64,000 nucleotides of DNA from Bacteroidota bacterium. Lineage in GTDB: Bacteria; Bacteroidota; Ignavibacteria; Kapaibacteriales; Kapaibacteriaceae. Location: positions 172,439 through 236,438 of the forward strand of contig JAFDZT010000002.1 in the NCBI GenBank assembly GCA_018266735.1, written 5' to 3'. Position 1 is the stretch's first letter. Every line of letters begins with the position of its first letter. The position numbers were made by a program, and so were the translations under genes. The notes under the pieces were generated by a model. The model saw nothing but the letters and a program-made list of their open reading frames with translations. It did no database searches and had not been told where the DNA came from. Positions 52,545 to 61,513 of this stretch are shown here, one piece after another.

Positions 52545-53752
52545 GAGATCAACTCGATCGGATGCAAGCCGCCGTGCGCGCTTCTGGACTTGACGCTTGG
52601 GTCCTTTTTGATTTTCGCGGTAGCAACACGCTTGCGTGGAGTATGCTCAGACTCGCCCCCGATGCGCATTGCACGCGTCGGTGGATGATCGTCATCCCTG
52701 CAAAAGGGCGCACGGTCAAGATCGTGCACACCATGGAACAACTACCGCTTGAACACGTGCGCACCGATAGCACCATCGTCTACGCCACGCATCGTTCATG
52801 GGATGAGGCCGTGCGATCGGCACTTGCCGGATTCAATACGGTCGCCATCGAATACTCTCCCATGGGTGAACTACCCGTGATCTCCAAGGTGGATGGCGGC
52901 ACGGTGGAATGGTTGAAGTCGTTCGTTCCATCCGTGGTCTCGTCGGCAGACCTGCTGCAAGAGTTCACATCCGTGCTCAACGAAGATCAGATCGCCGGGA
53001 ACGCCATCACCGCTGCATTGCTCCGTCGTGCCGTCATGAATGCATTCCGGTTGATAAGGGCAAAACTGCAGAACGGTGACGTGATCACGGAGTACGACGT
53101 ACAACAACACCTACTACGTGATTTCGAGATCCACAACCTCGTCTGCGATCATGCACCCATCGTGGCCATCGGACCAAATGCCGCCAGTCCGCATTATGCC
53201 CCCACCTTCGTTCAATCGTCGCGCATCGAACGGAACATGGTCGTCCTCATCGACGCATGGGTGCGGTCGTCGGCTCCGGGTAGCATCTATGCCGACATCA
53301 CGTGGGTAGGCTATACGGGCGACACGATCCCGGAAGAGACCGAGCGGTTGTTCGGCGTGATCGTTGCCGGTCGAGACGCAGCTGTTCGCCTTGTTCGCGA
53401 GCGCTTCGCATCGGGTCAGCCGCTCTTCGGGTACGAGGTGGACCGTGCATGTCGTAGCGTGATCGAATCACACGGCAACGGTCCGCTCTTCATCCACCGC
53501 ACCGGACATAACATCACCGACGAGGTACATGGTCCGGGCACGAACATGGACGATTTCGAAACGCACGACACGCGACGCATCCTTCCCGGCTCATCGTTCT
53601 CCATTGAGCCGGGCGTGTACATCCCGGATACGTTGGGTCTTCGAACGGAGATCGACGTGGTGATCGGCCTCGATGGCAGCGTTGCGATCCCGAGCGAGCC
53701 CATCCAGACCTCCATCCTTCCCTTGCTCGCAGAGGAAGATCCGACCCTATGA
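52541..53752 (+). CDS. M24 family metallopeptidase (Xaa-Pro aminopeptidase / creatinase-like), 403 aa.
   Basis: Pita-bread fold ligands in HRTGHNI, SIEPGVY and EIDVVI contexts. ATGA overlap with meaB. Confidence 0.75.
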   Translation: MRDQLDRMQAAVRASGLDAWVLFDFRGSNTLAWSMLRLAPDAHCTRRWMIVIPAKGRTVKIVHTMEQLPLEHVRTDSTIVYATHRSWDEAVRSALAGFNTVAIEYSPMGELPVISKVDGGTVEWLKSFVPSVVSSADLLQEFTSVLNEDQIAGNAITAALLRRAVMNAFRLIRAKLQNGDVITEYDVQQHLLRDFEIHNLVCDHAPIVAIGPNAASPHYAPTFVQSSRIERNMVVLIDAWVRSSAPGSIYADITWVGYTGDTIPEETERLFGVIVAGRDAAVRLVRERFASGQPLFGYEVDRACRSVIESHGNGPLFIHRTGHNITDEVHGPGTNMDDFETHDTRRILPGSSFSIEPGVYIPDTLGLRTEIDVVIGLDGSVAIPSEPIQTSILPLLAEEDPTL

Positions 53753-55545
53753 TCCGATGGATCACCATCATTGCTTGTCTGCTCATCTGCATTGGCGTAC
53801 CAATGCGGGCGCAACAGGAAGTGCTGAGTGAGTCCTACAAGCTCGCACAGACCTATGAGCGCACAGGCGATATGCGCAATGCGAGTCGACTCTACCAAGA
53901 GCTCTATGCCAAGCGGCCCAACGAGCAACGCTACTTCGAAGGCGTGGTGCGAACACTCATGGCACTGCAACAGTACACGTCGTTGCTGCCCCTCATCGAA
54001 CAGCGCATGTCGACGCAGCCAACGTTCGATCTGTCCGTACTCGAAGCACAGGTGGCATGGCGAGCGGGCGATCAAGCCCATGCCGATCGCGCATGGGAGG
54101 CGGCCGCACGTATCGGTGCTGCGGACGAAGAGAACACGTATGCCGTGATCGCCGAGTCGCAGGCGGGGCTCCTGCTCTTCCAGCGCGCCATCGCTTCCTA
54201 TCAAAAAGCACGTGCGGCATCGGGCGTCGCAACGGCGTACTGCGTGCCGCTCAGCAGTTTGTATGCGGCCGTTGGTGACTATCGCAACGGGATCCGTGAG
54301 ACCATGTCGGTCTACGAAGAATCCGACAATCAGGGTGTCGTCCAGGGTCGACTCTCCACCTTCATGCTGAACGATACAGCCAAGGCCTACGTGGGCACCG
54401 TTCTTGAGAGCGCAGACGATACGCCACCCATGTTCCGACTTCGGGCCTGGTACTATCGAGAGACAAAGCAATGGGACAAGGCCGTCGTGCAAACGATGAA
54501 ACTTGATGAGGCACTGCGCACGAACGGACAAGAATTGCTCCTCTTTGCCGATGCGATGCGTCGCGAGGGGAATCTGGAAGTAGCGCAGAAAGCCTATACC
54601 ACGATCATCAACACACGGTCGTTCGAGCGTTTCAAGCTCTCCGGTCTGTATGGCTATGCCCGTGTGATGGAGCAAACGCTGCGAACGCAGCCACAGCTGA
54701 ACGATCAGCAGGCCAAGGCCATCGTTGAACAATATCGGTCCATCATCACCTCGTATCCTCAGCATCCCTTGGCGGCCGAGGCCTTGTATCACATGGCATT
54801 GGTCACCGATGAATACTTGCACGACGTGGATGGTGCACGCGAGATGTTGATGCGGCTCACCAATCAATACCGTGGAACCACATCGGCTGCTGATGGTGCC
54901 CTCTACCTTGCCACCCTCTATCTCGTGCTCGACCGGACGGACCTTGCCGCCTCGACCCTTGCTTCGGTTGCCACCTTTACGCAGTCGAACCTGTCCGATC
55001 AGCGCGATCTGGCCTTGGTTCGCCTTGGTGACATTCGCTTCTACGAGGGGGCCTTGGATTCTGCCCTTGTCTACTACCGGCGAGCAGCCGAGCGACCCGG
55101 AAGTGCTGCCACAAACGATGCGCTTGAGCGCATGCTCATCATCGAGTTGGCGGACCGAGACACGTCGGCCGTACGGATCTTTGCGAGAGCCGAGTTTCGT
55201 GCCCTGCAGCGAGCCCATCGCGAGGCGGCCACCCTGTTCGCACAGGCGGCTGACAGTACCCGCGATGCCGATCTGCGAGACCGTTGTCGATATCAGGCCG
55301 CCGAACAATTCCTCCTCTCTGGAGGGGCCGGCGAGGCCATGAAACAACTTTCCACGATCCTCGACCGCGTTCCGGATAGTATTTTTGGGGATAAGGCTCT
55401 GTTCATGTCGGCCACCCTGCAAGAAAAGGTTGGCGACCGGACCGGGGCCATTCAGACACTCTCGATCTTGTTAGCGCAGTATCCTCGCTCGATCCTGATC
55501 CCTGAAACTCGCGATCGCATCCGCCGTTTACGTGGCGATGCGTGA
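53749..55545 (+). CDS. Secreted TPR-repeat protein of 598 aa.
   Basis: Signal peptide MIRWITIIACLLICIGVPMRAQQ followed by multiple TPR-like repeats. Confidence 0.7.
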   Translation: MIRWITIIACLLICIGVPMRAQQEVLSESYKLAQTYERTGDMRNASRLYQELYAKRPNEQRYFEGVVRTLMALQQYTSLLPLIEQRMSTQPTFDLSVLEAQVAWRAGDQAHADRAWEAAARIGAADEENTYAVIAESQAGLLLFQRAIASYQKARAASGVATAYCVPLSSLYAAVGDYRNGIRETMSVYEESDNQGVVQGRLSTFMLNDTAKAYVGTVLESADDTPPMFRLRAWYYRETKQWDKAVVQTMKLDEALRTNGQELLLFADAMRREGNLEVAQKAYTTIINTRSFERFKLSGLYGYARVMEQTLRTQPQLNDQQAKAIVEQYRSIITSYPQHPLAAEALYHMALVTDEYLHDVDGAREMLMRLTNQYRGTTSAADGALYLATLYLVLDRTDLAASTLASVATFTQSNLSDQRDLALVRLGDIRFYEGALDSALVYYRRAAERPGSAATNDALERMLIIELADRDTSAVRIFARAEFRALQRAHREAATLFAQAADSTRDADLRDRCRYQAAEQFLLSGGAGEAMKQLSTILDRVPDSIFGDKALFMSATLQEKVGDRTGAIQTLSILLAQYPRSILIPETRDRIRRLRGDA

Positions 55546-55587
55546 GCATAGCACTGCATTCGATCACCGTTTTGTACCGGAGAATAC

Positions 55588-57300
55588 ATGGGCTCCATGC
55601 CAACCTCATTCGCAGATATTCCGTATACCCGCCTCGACCTTGACGCACTGAGCACATCGTATCAATCGATCCTTGCCGCCTTCGATTCCGATCCCTCCGC
55701 CACAGGTCATCTTGCCGCGATCGAGCGTTGGAACACCTTGCGCACCGAGATCTCGACCACGCAGGGGCTTGCGGAAGTACACTACACGCAGAATGTGGCC
55801 GACCCTACCAACAAGGCAGAAAAGGACTTTTACGACAAGTGCAGTCCAACGTTGGCGGAGTGGAACAAGGCCGTTTCCGAGAAGGTGTTGGCGTCGCCGC
55901 ACCGCAGCGCGCTCGACCAACGCTTTGGTGAGCTGTTCTTCCGTCAGCTTGAGCAGCATGAACGCACGTTCTCGCCGGAGATCAAGGATCTGCTGATCGA
56001 GGAATCCGAACTCTGCAACAAGTACAATGAGATCACGGCGTCGGCCAAGATCGACGTCAATGGGACCACCTACAACCTCTCGTCCATCGGTTCGCTGATG
56101 ATCTCGCTCGACCGTGATGTACGCCGTGCGGCAACGCACGGCATTTACGGATTCCTGGAGCAGAATCGGGCAGACATCGATGCCATCTACGATCGTCTCG
56201 TGAAGTTGCGGACGGAGAAGGCGAAGGCCCTTGGATTTCCGTCCTACATCGAGTATCGCTACGTGGAGTTTGGTCGACTCGACTACAACGCCGCCGATGT
56301 CGAGACGTTCCGTTCACAAGTGATCGAACACGTGGTTCCGCTCGTCCAGAAGTTCCGAGCAGCACAGGCACGGCGCATCGGCGTGGATGCCATCTCGCTC
56401 TACGACGAGAAGCTGCAATTCTCCGACGGCAACCCCATCGCGCACGGAGATCACGACTTCATCGTGGCGCAGGCCACGAAGATGTATGCCGAACTCTCCC
56501 CGGAGACCAATGAGTTCTTCCAGCTCATGCTCGAGAAGGACCTTATGGACCTCAAGACGCGCGACAACAAGGCCACCGGCGGGTATTGCACGTCGTTCCC
56601 CAGCTATGGTCTCCCCTTCATCTTCGCGAACTTCAACCAGACCACGCACGACGTGGAAGTGCTCACGCACGAAGCGGGACATGCCTTCCAGGCCTATCGC
56701 AGTCGGGGCTACGATGTACCCGAGTACCGTTGGCCAACAGCCGAGGCCTGTGAAGTGCACTCCATGGGTATGGAGTTCCTGACTTGGCCCTGGATGAAGT
56801 ACTTCTTTGAAGAGCAGACCGATAAGTTCCGCTTCTACCATCTGCAAGGGGCCCTTCTCTTCCTTCCCTACGGTTGTGCCGTCGACCATTTCCAGCACTG
56901 GGTGTATGCCAATCCCAACGCCACTCCCGCCGAGCGGAATGCGTTCTGGAAGTCACTGGAAGAGACCTATATGCCCTGGCGCACCAGCGCCGATATCCCG
57001 TATGCTGCGCTGGGAACGGCATGGCAGATGCAGCGCCACATCTTCGAATCACCCTTCTACTACATCGACTACGCACTGGCCCAAACCTGTGCGCTCCAGT
57101 TCTGGAAGCGCTCGCAAGAGGATCGTGACCTCGCTTTTGCCGACTACCTCCGCATCTGCGATATCGGTGGCAGCAAGACCTTTTTAGGGATCGTGGAGGC
57201 AGGGAATCTGCGTTCCCCCTTCAAACCGGGCACATTGGCCGATATCGTGGAGACAGCGAATAGCTGGCTCACATCGAATTTCGCCCAGTTCATGGTTTGA
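55588..57300 (+). CDS. pepF: Oligoendopeptidase F (M3B family).
   Basis: Zinc motif HEAGHAF…E and PepF-like length and architecture. Confidence 0.85.
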   Translation: MGSMPTSFADIPYTRLDLDALSTSYQSILAAFDSDPSATGHLAAIERWNTLRTEISTTQGLAEVHYTQNVADPTNKAEKDFYDKCSPTLAEWNKAVSEKVLASPHRSALDQRFGELFFRQLEQHERTFSPEIKDLLIEESELCNKYNEITASAKIDVNGTTYNLSSIGSLMISLDRDVRRAATHGIYGFLEQNRADIDAIYDRLVKLRTEKAKALGFPSYIEYRYVEFGRLDYNAADVETFRSQVIEHVVPLVQKFRAAQARRIGVDAISLYDEKLQFSDGNPIAHGDHDFIVAQATKMYAELSPETNEFFQLMLEKDLMDLKTRDNKATGGYCTSFPSYGLPFIFANFNQTTHDVEVLTHEAGHAFQAYRSRGYDVPEYRWPTAEACEVHSMGMEFLTWPWMKYFFEEQTDKFRFYHLQGALLFLPYGCAVDHFQHWVYANPNATPAERNAFWKSLEETYMPWRTSADIPYAALGTAWQMQRHIFESPFYYIDYALAQTCALQFWKRSQEDRDLAFADYLRICDIGGSKTFLGIVEAGNLRSPFKPGTLADIVETANSWLTSNFAQFMV

Positions 57301-57409
57301 TAACAGCTCTTCGCGTGCATAATTCTTCGTTGGGCAAAGGTCGTCCATTCCGTACCTTTGTTGCTGATTCGCCATGAACCCCTTGTCCTATTAACGAGTT
57401 ACGAGACCT

Positions 57410-60400
57410 ATGACTCGAGCTTCCGTACGCAGTGTCGCCGTGGCACTTCTGATGACCGTCAGTGCCATTCTGGTATCTGCACAATCCAGCCCGACACCAT
57501 TCAACCTGAGTGGCGGGACGTATTCGTTCACACAGTGGGATGCAACGAATGCAGCAGGCACCTACCCTGCGAACATGACGTTCCATACCTACACGAAGTC
57601 CACGAGCACACCCGATGTGACCATGGCAGATGCTCCAACGGGCACGTGGAGTTGTGTGTACAACAGCACCAGTGGCCCGCGTATAGCCGGTAAAGGTGCA
57701 GCAGGGTTCAGCTTCATCACGTCCGGTGGAACGCCAACTTGTACGGGAATGTGGGTGGGTGCTGCCGTGTTGGCGCTCAATACGCAGAACCGTGCGAATG
57801 TGACCGTGAACTGGACCGCTGGTACGGTAGCGACATTGGGTCGTACCTATTCGCTGCGGTTCCAATATCGAATCGGTACAGGCGGGACGTGGACAGACGT
57901 TCTTCAGAACGGTCTCCCAACGGAGTACTTGGTCGGTGCCATCGGTACCACGCAGTCCTTCTCGACGCTGCTTCCAATTGCGGCGGAGAACCAGCCAGTG
58001 GTCGAAGTTCGCTGGGTGTACAACTACATCAGCGGTTCGGGCAGTCGTCCTGAAATGAGCTTGGACGAGATCTCTGCTACATCGACGTCTTCGATCGGCA
58101 CACCAACGAAGTTCTCCATCACGGCCATCAGCCCATCGTCGCCTTCGACGAGCTCTCCGTTCAGCGTGACCGTGCGCTCCACGGACGCTCTTGGCAATCC
58201 GATGTTCGTGGCAACGGCCACAAGCTTCACGCTTTCGCGCGTCACAGGTACCGGCACATTGAGCGGAGTGCTCACCGGTACGATCCCTGCAGGAGCAAGC
58301 TCGGTCACCCTGACGAATGTGAACTACAACGTTGCAGAAGCAGGCGTGGTGATCCGTGCTACCCGCACGGCAGGAGATGCACTGGCCTTTGGCGACAGCA
58401 ATCCCTTCACGATCCAGCAGGGTGCAAGCCAACTACGTCCAACGAACTTCCAGAACGTCGGATGGGCAAATTCACCCTTCCCGGCCTTCACGGTCGATGC
58501 CATCCGTCCTGACGGTACGATCGATGCTACCTACTCCGGACCGATCACGTTCACGAAGGTCAGCGGTCCAGGGAATGTGACACTCACCAGCAGCGTTGTT
58601 CCCTTCCAGGGCACGTCGACGTTCGACGATGTGAGCGTGGACCTTCCCGGTACGTATGTGTTCCAGGTGTCGGGACCGAACGTTGCCTCGAACACCTTGG
58701 CCACGGTCACGGTATGGGCAACACCAACGCTTACGACGACCATCGTTCCACAGTATGTCCACGGACGTGATGGTGCAGGTTCCTCTGCGAATCTTCCCAA
58801 CTTCGCTCTTGTGACCTTCTCGAATCTCCAGCCGAACACGCTGTATCGATTCAACACAGGATTGGCAACAGATCAGATCCTCACATCAACGGGCGGTGGT
58901 TTCAACATCCACTACACCAACGACGCGAACACGTACAGCTACAACACGTCGAAGTCCACGTCCACCGATGGTGCGTACTCCACGTTCACCACGGCTCCCG
59001 GTCAAACAACAAAGACATTGTGGATCAACCTGACCACGTCGACGAACGTGGCCTTCCAGGAACTGCAGACCGTTTACTGGCGCATCTCGCTCACCGACAA
59101 CATCGGTCGCTTGGTCACACGCTATCAGCTCGCGCAAACATCCACCACGTTGCAGCTCGGACCTGAGACAACGCGTGGCACGGGTATCGCCGACATTCAA
59201 AGTCAGCTCACCCCAAAGAACATCGTCTGCTTGTACGATGTTGAAACACCGACGGTCTCGACACGCCCGATCAGCACGGCCATCGTTCAAGATGATGGCA
59301 CCACCCTTACGGGCGCCTATTCGTGGTACGCTGCACTTGATGGTTCACCAACGTCGTGGGCAACCTTCATCCCCAACACATTGCCGAACGGCGTTCGCCG
59401 GATCGAAGAGCGTGATTGGAGAACGGGCGCCATCGTCTACTTCCGTACCTCCACGAATGGTGTATGGAATGGTGTGAACACAGTTGGAGCAACAGGCGGT
59501 TCAACGTCGCCGATCTACCTTCAAACCCCTCGCATCACGATCGCAACTCCTGTTCTGAACGACACGCTTTGCGGTCTGAACTCGCAGCGCATCAACTTCA
59601 CGGCACGCGGCACCAACAACGTGCTCATCGAGTTCTCGTCGAACAACGGAGTGAACTGGATCCAAGTGGCAACGGTTCCTGCAGCCAGCGGATCGTTCAA
59701 CTGGACCGTTCTCCCTATCGACTACTCCAACAACTGCCTTATCCGCATCACGGGCGTTGAGCGCACGGACATCTCGGCAACATCCGGTCGGTTCACGATC
59801 GCGACCAAGCCAGCCGTTGTACAGCAACCCGTTTCATCGAATCTCTGCCTTGGCCAGGACTATGTGCTCGTCACGCTCACCAGCGGTTCGGTACGCCGGA
59901 TGCAGTGGATGAAGGACGGTCGTGATATTTCAGGTGCGAACTCACCCATCCTTTCGATCAAGAACGCCGGTTGGGATGCATCTGGTTCCTACACCTGCCG
60001 TATCGAAACGTATGGCACGTGTGGCACGATCTTCTCTAACGAAGCAACCATCCGTGTTGCACGTCCGATCCAAGTGGTCGATCAACCACGGGTCGTCAAC
60101 GTAACGATCGGTCAGCGTGCAGAGATCGCCATCACGGTCGAGAACCCGAACGATGCCACCTTCCAATGGCGTCGCGGAACGAATCCGATCTCTGACAACG
60201 GCAACATCACCGGAACGAACAGCAGCACCCTCACGATCAATAACGTGACGGCTGCAGATGTTGCGGCTGACTACAACTGTGTTGTTGTTGGCGTCTGCGG
60301 TACGGTCACCACGAAGGACATTCGCCTGCTGACGATCGGTGTCTACGCAGACATCCCACAATCAACGGTCAACGCCTGTATCGGACAGAATGCTGTCATC

Positions 60401-61435
60401 CAAGGTCAGGTCTACAGCAATCCGGCCGGTGTCCCACTCGATGTGCAGTGGACGTTGAACGGCAGTGTGATCATGGACGGTGACAAGTACGAAGGCACCA
60501 ACACGGGCGTTCTGAAGATCAAGAACATGCTCCCTGCCGATCAAGGCACGTACATTCTGATGGCAAGCTTTGCCGGCGATGAGTCATCGATGAGCCACGA
60601 CACGGTCGTTGTCTCGCTTGCTAGCGCTCCAACGATCAGCGCACAACCTGCGGCAACAAGCGTCTGCCCAGGTACGACCCTGACGATGAATGTTTCGGCG
60701 GTTGGAGCCGGCACGATCACCTATCAGTGGTATGCGAACAACACAGCGATCGCCGGTCAAACGTCGGCCACATTGTCGATCCCAGATTTCACGGAAGCAC
60801 GCCAGGGCATCTACTATTGCGTTGTGAGCACAGCTTGCGGCACGGCACAGTCGAACCCGGCTTCGGTAACAGCAAAGGCCCGCACGGCATTCACGCAACA
60901 ACCAGCCGCTACGCTGGAAGTGAAGACGAACGAAACACTCACGCTGACGGTACTCGGCGCCGGCGAGGGAACGGTCCAGTATCAATGGTTCAAGGATGGT
61001 ACCGCTCTCAACGGTGAAGTTGCGCCGGTCTACACCAAGGCCAATGCCACGGCATCGGATGCCGGCAAGTACTGGGTACGCCTTCGCGCTGAGTGCGGAG
61101 ATCAGATCTCCGACACCTCGACGGTCACAGTGGCTCCTGTCGTGAGCAGTGTGAACGAAGATGTGATGGCCGGCGGTGCGATCGTTGAACGCGTCGTTCC
61201 AAATCCAGCCTTCTCGTCCGCTTCGTTCAATGTGAATGTGCCGGCTCCTAGCCGCGTCTCCATTGTTTTGACGAACACGGCCGGCATGGTGGTCGAAACA
61301 TTGGCAAATGGTGTGGTCCTCGAGGGTGCCGTTCACTTCGACATCGATGCTTCGACACTTGCCACCGGTACGTATTTGCTCGTGACGTCGATCGGTACAG
61401 ATCGACATGTACAGCAGCTCGTCATCATCAAGTAA
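57410..61435 (+). CDS. Giant secreted cell-surface protein of 1341 aa with multiple Ig-like (I-set-like) domains and a C-terminal T9SS type-A sorting domain.
   Basis: Signal peptide MTRASVRSVAVALLMTVSAILVSAQS. Repeated about 90-aa modules ending in Y-x-C (…GSYTCRIE, …DYNCVVVG, …GIYYCVVST, …GKYWVRLRAECGDQ). The terminal about 80 aa (NPAFSSASFNVNVPAPSRVSIVLTNTAGMVVETL...GTYLLVTSIGTDRHVQQLVIIK) fits Por_Secre_tail. Confidence 0.75.
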   Translation: MTRASVRSVAVALLMTVSAILVSAQSSPTPFNLSGGTYSFTQWDATNAAGTYPANMTFHTYTKSTSTPDVTMADAPTGTWSCVYNSTSGPRIAGKGAAGFSFITSGGTPTCTGMWVGAAVLALNTQNRANVTVNWTAGTVATLGRTYSLRFQYRIGTGGTWTDVLQNGLPTEYLVGAIGTTQSFSTLLPIAAENQPVVEVRWVYNYISGSGSRPEMSLDEISATSTSSIGTPTKFSITAISPSSPSTSSPFSVTVRSTDALGNPMFVATATSFTLSRVTGTGTLSGVLTGTIPAGASSVTLTNVNYNVAEAGVVIRATRTAGDALAFGDSNPFTIQQGASQLRPTNFQNVGWANSPFPAFTVDAIRPDGTIDATYSGPITFTKVSGPGNVTLTSSVVPFQGTSTFDDVSVDLPGTYVFQVSGPNVASNTLATVTVWATPTLTTTIVPQYVHGRDGAGSSANLPNFALVTFSNLQPNTLYRFNTGLATDQILTSTGGGFNIHYTNDANTYSYNTSKSTSTDGAYSTFTTAPGQTTKTLWINLTTSTNVAFQELQTVYWRISLTDNIGRLVTRYQLAQTSTTLQLGPETTRGTGIADIQSQLTPKNIVCLYDVETPTVSTRPISTAIVQDDGTTLTGAYSWYAALDGSPTSWATFIPNTLPNGVRRIEERDWRTGAIVYFRTSTNGVWNGVNTVGATGGSTSPIYLQTPRITIATPVLNDTLCGLNSQRINFTARGTNNVLIEFSSNNGVNWIQVATVPAASGSFNWTVLPIDYSNNCLIRITGVERTDISATSGRFTIATKPAVVQQPVSSNLCLGQDYVLVTLTSGSVRRMQWMKDGRDISGANSPILSIKNAGWDASGSYTCRIETYGTCGTIFSNEATIRVARPIQVVDQPRVVNVTIGQRAEIAITVENPNDATFQWRRGTNPISDNGNITGTNSSTLTINNVTAADVAADYNCVVVGVCGTVTTKDIRLLTIGVYADIPQSTVNACIGQNAVIQGQVYSNPAGVPLDVQWTLNGSVIMDGDKYEGTNTGVLKIKNMLPADQGTYILMASFAGDESSMSHDTVVVSLASAPTISAQPAATSVCPGTTLTMNVSAVGAGTITYQWYANNTAIAGQTSATLSIPDFTEARQGIYYCVVSTACGTAQSNPASVTAKARTAFTQQPAATLEVKTNETLTLTVLGAGEGTVQYQWFKDGTALNGEVAPVYTKANATASDAGKYWVRLRAECGDQISDTSTVTVAPVVSSVNEDVMAGGAIVERVVPNPAFSSASFNVNVPAPSRVSIVLTNTAGMVVETLANGVVLEGAVHFDIDASTLATGTYLLVTSIGTDRHVQQLVIIK

Positions 61436-61452
61436 ATTGCACGATCCGTGCC

Positions 61453-61490
61453 AAGGGGAGTATGCCACGGGCATGCTCCCCTTTTTTATA
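61453..61490 (+). terminator. Rho-independent terminator after the giant surface-protein gene (GGGGAGTATGCC-ACG-GGCATGCTCCCC followed by TTTTTT).
   Basis: 12-bp stem with one mismatch followed by a T-run, seen directly in the sequence. Confidence 0.55.
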
Positions 61491-61513
61491 GATCGCCGGA
61501 ACACTGCTCACTG

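Noticed and set aside
53416-55422. 668-aa minus-strand ORF spanning the 3' end of the M24 peptidase gene and most of the TPR gene.
   Set aside because: Antisense to two good plus-strand genes. Arg/Gly-rich junk composition typical of GC-rich antisense frames.
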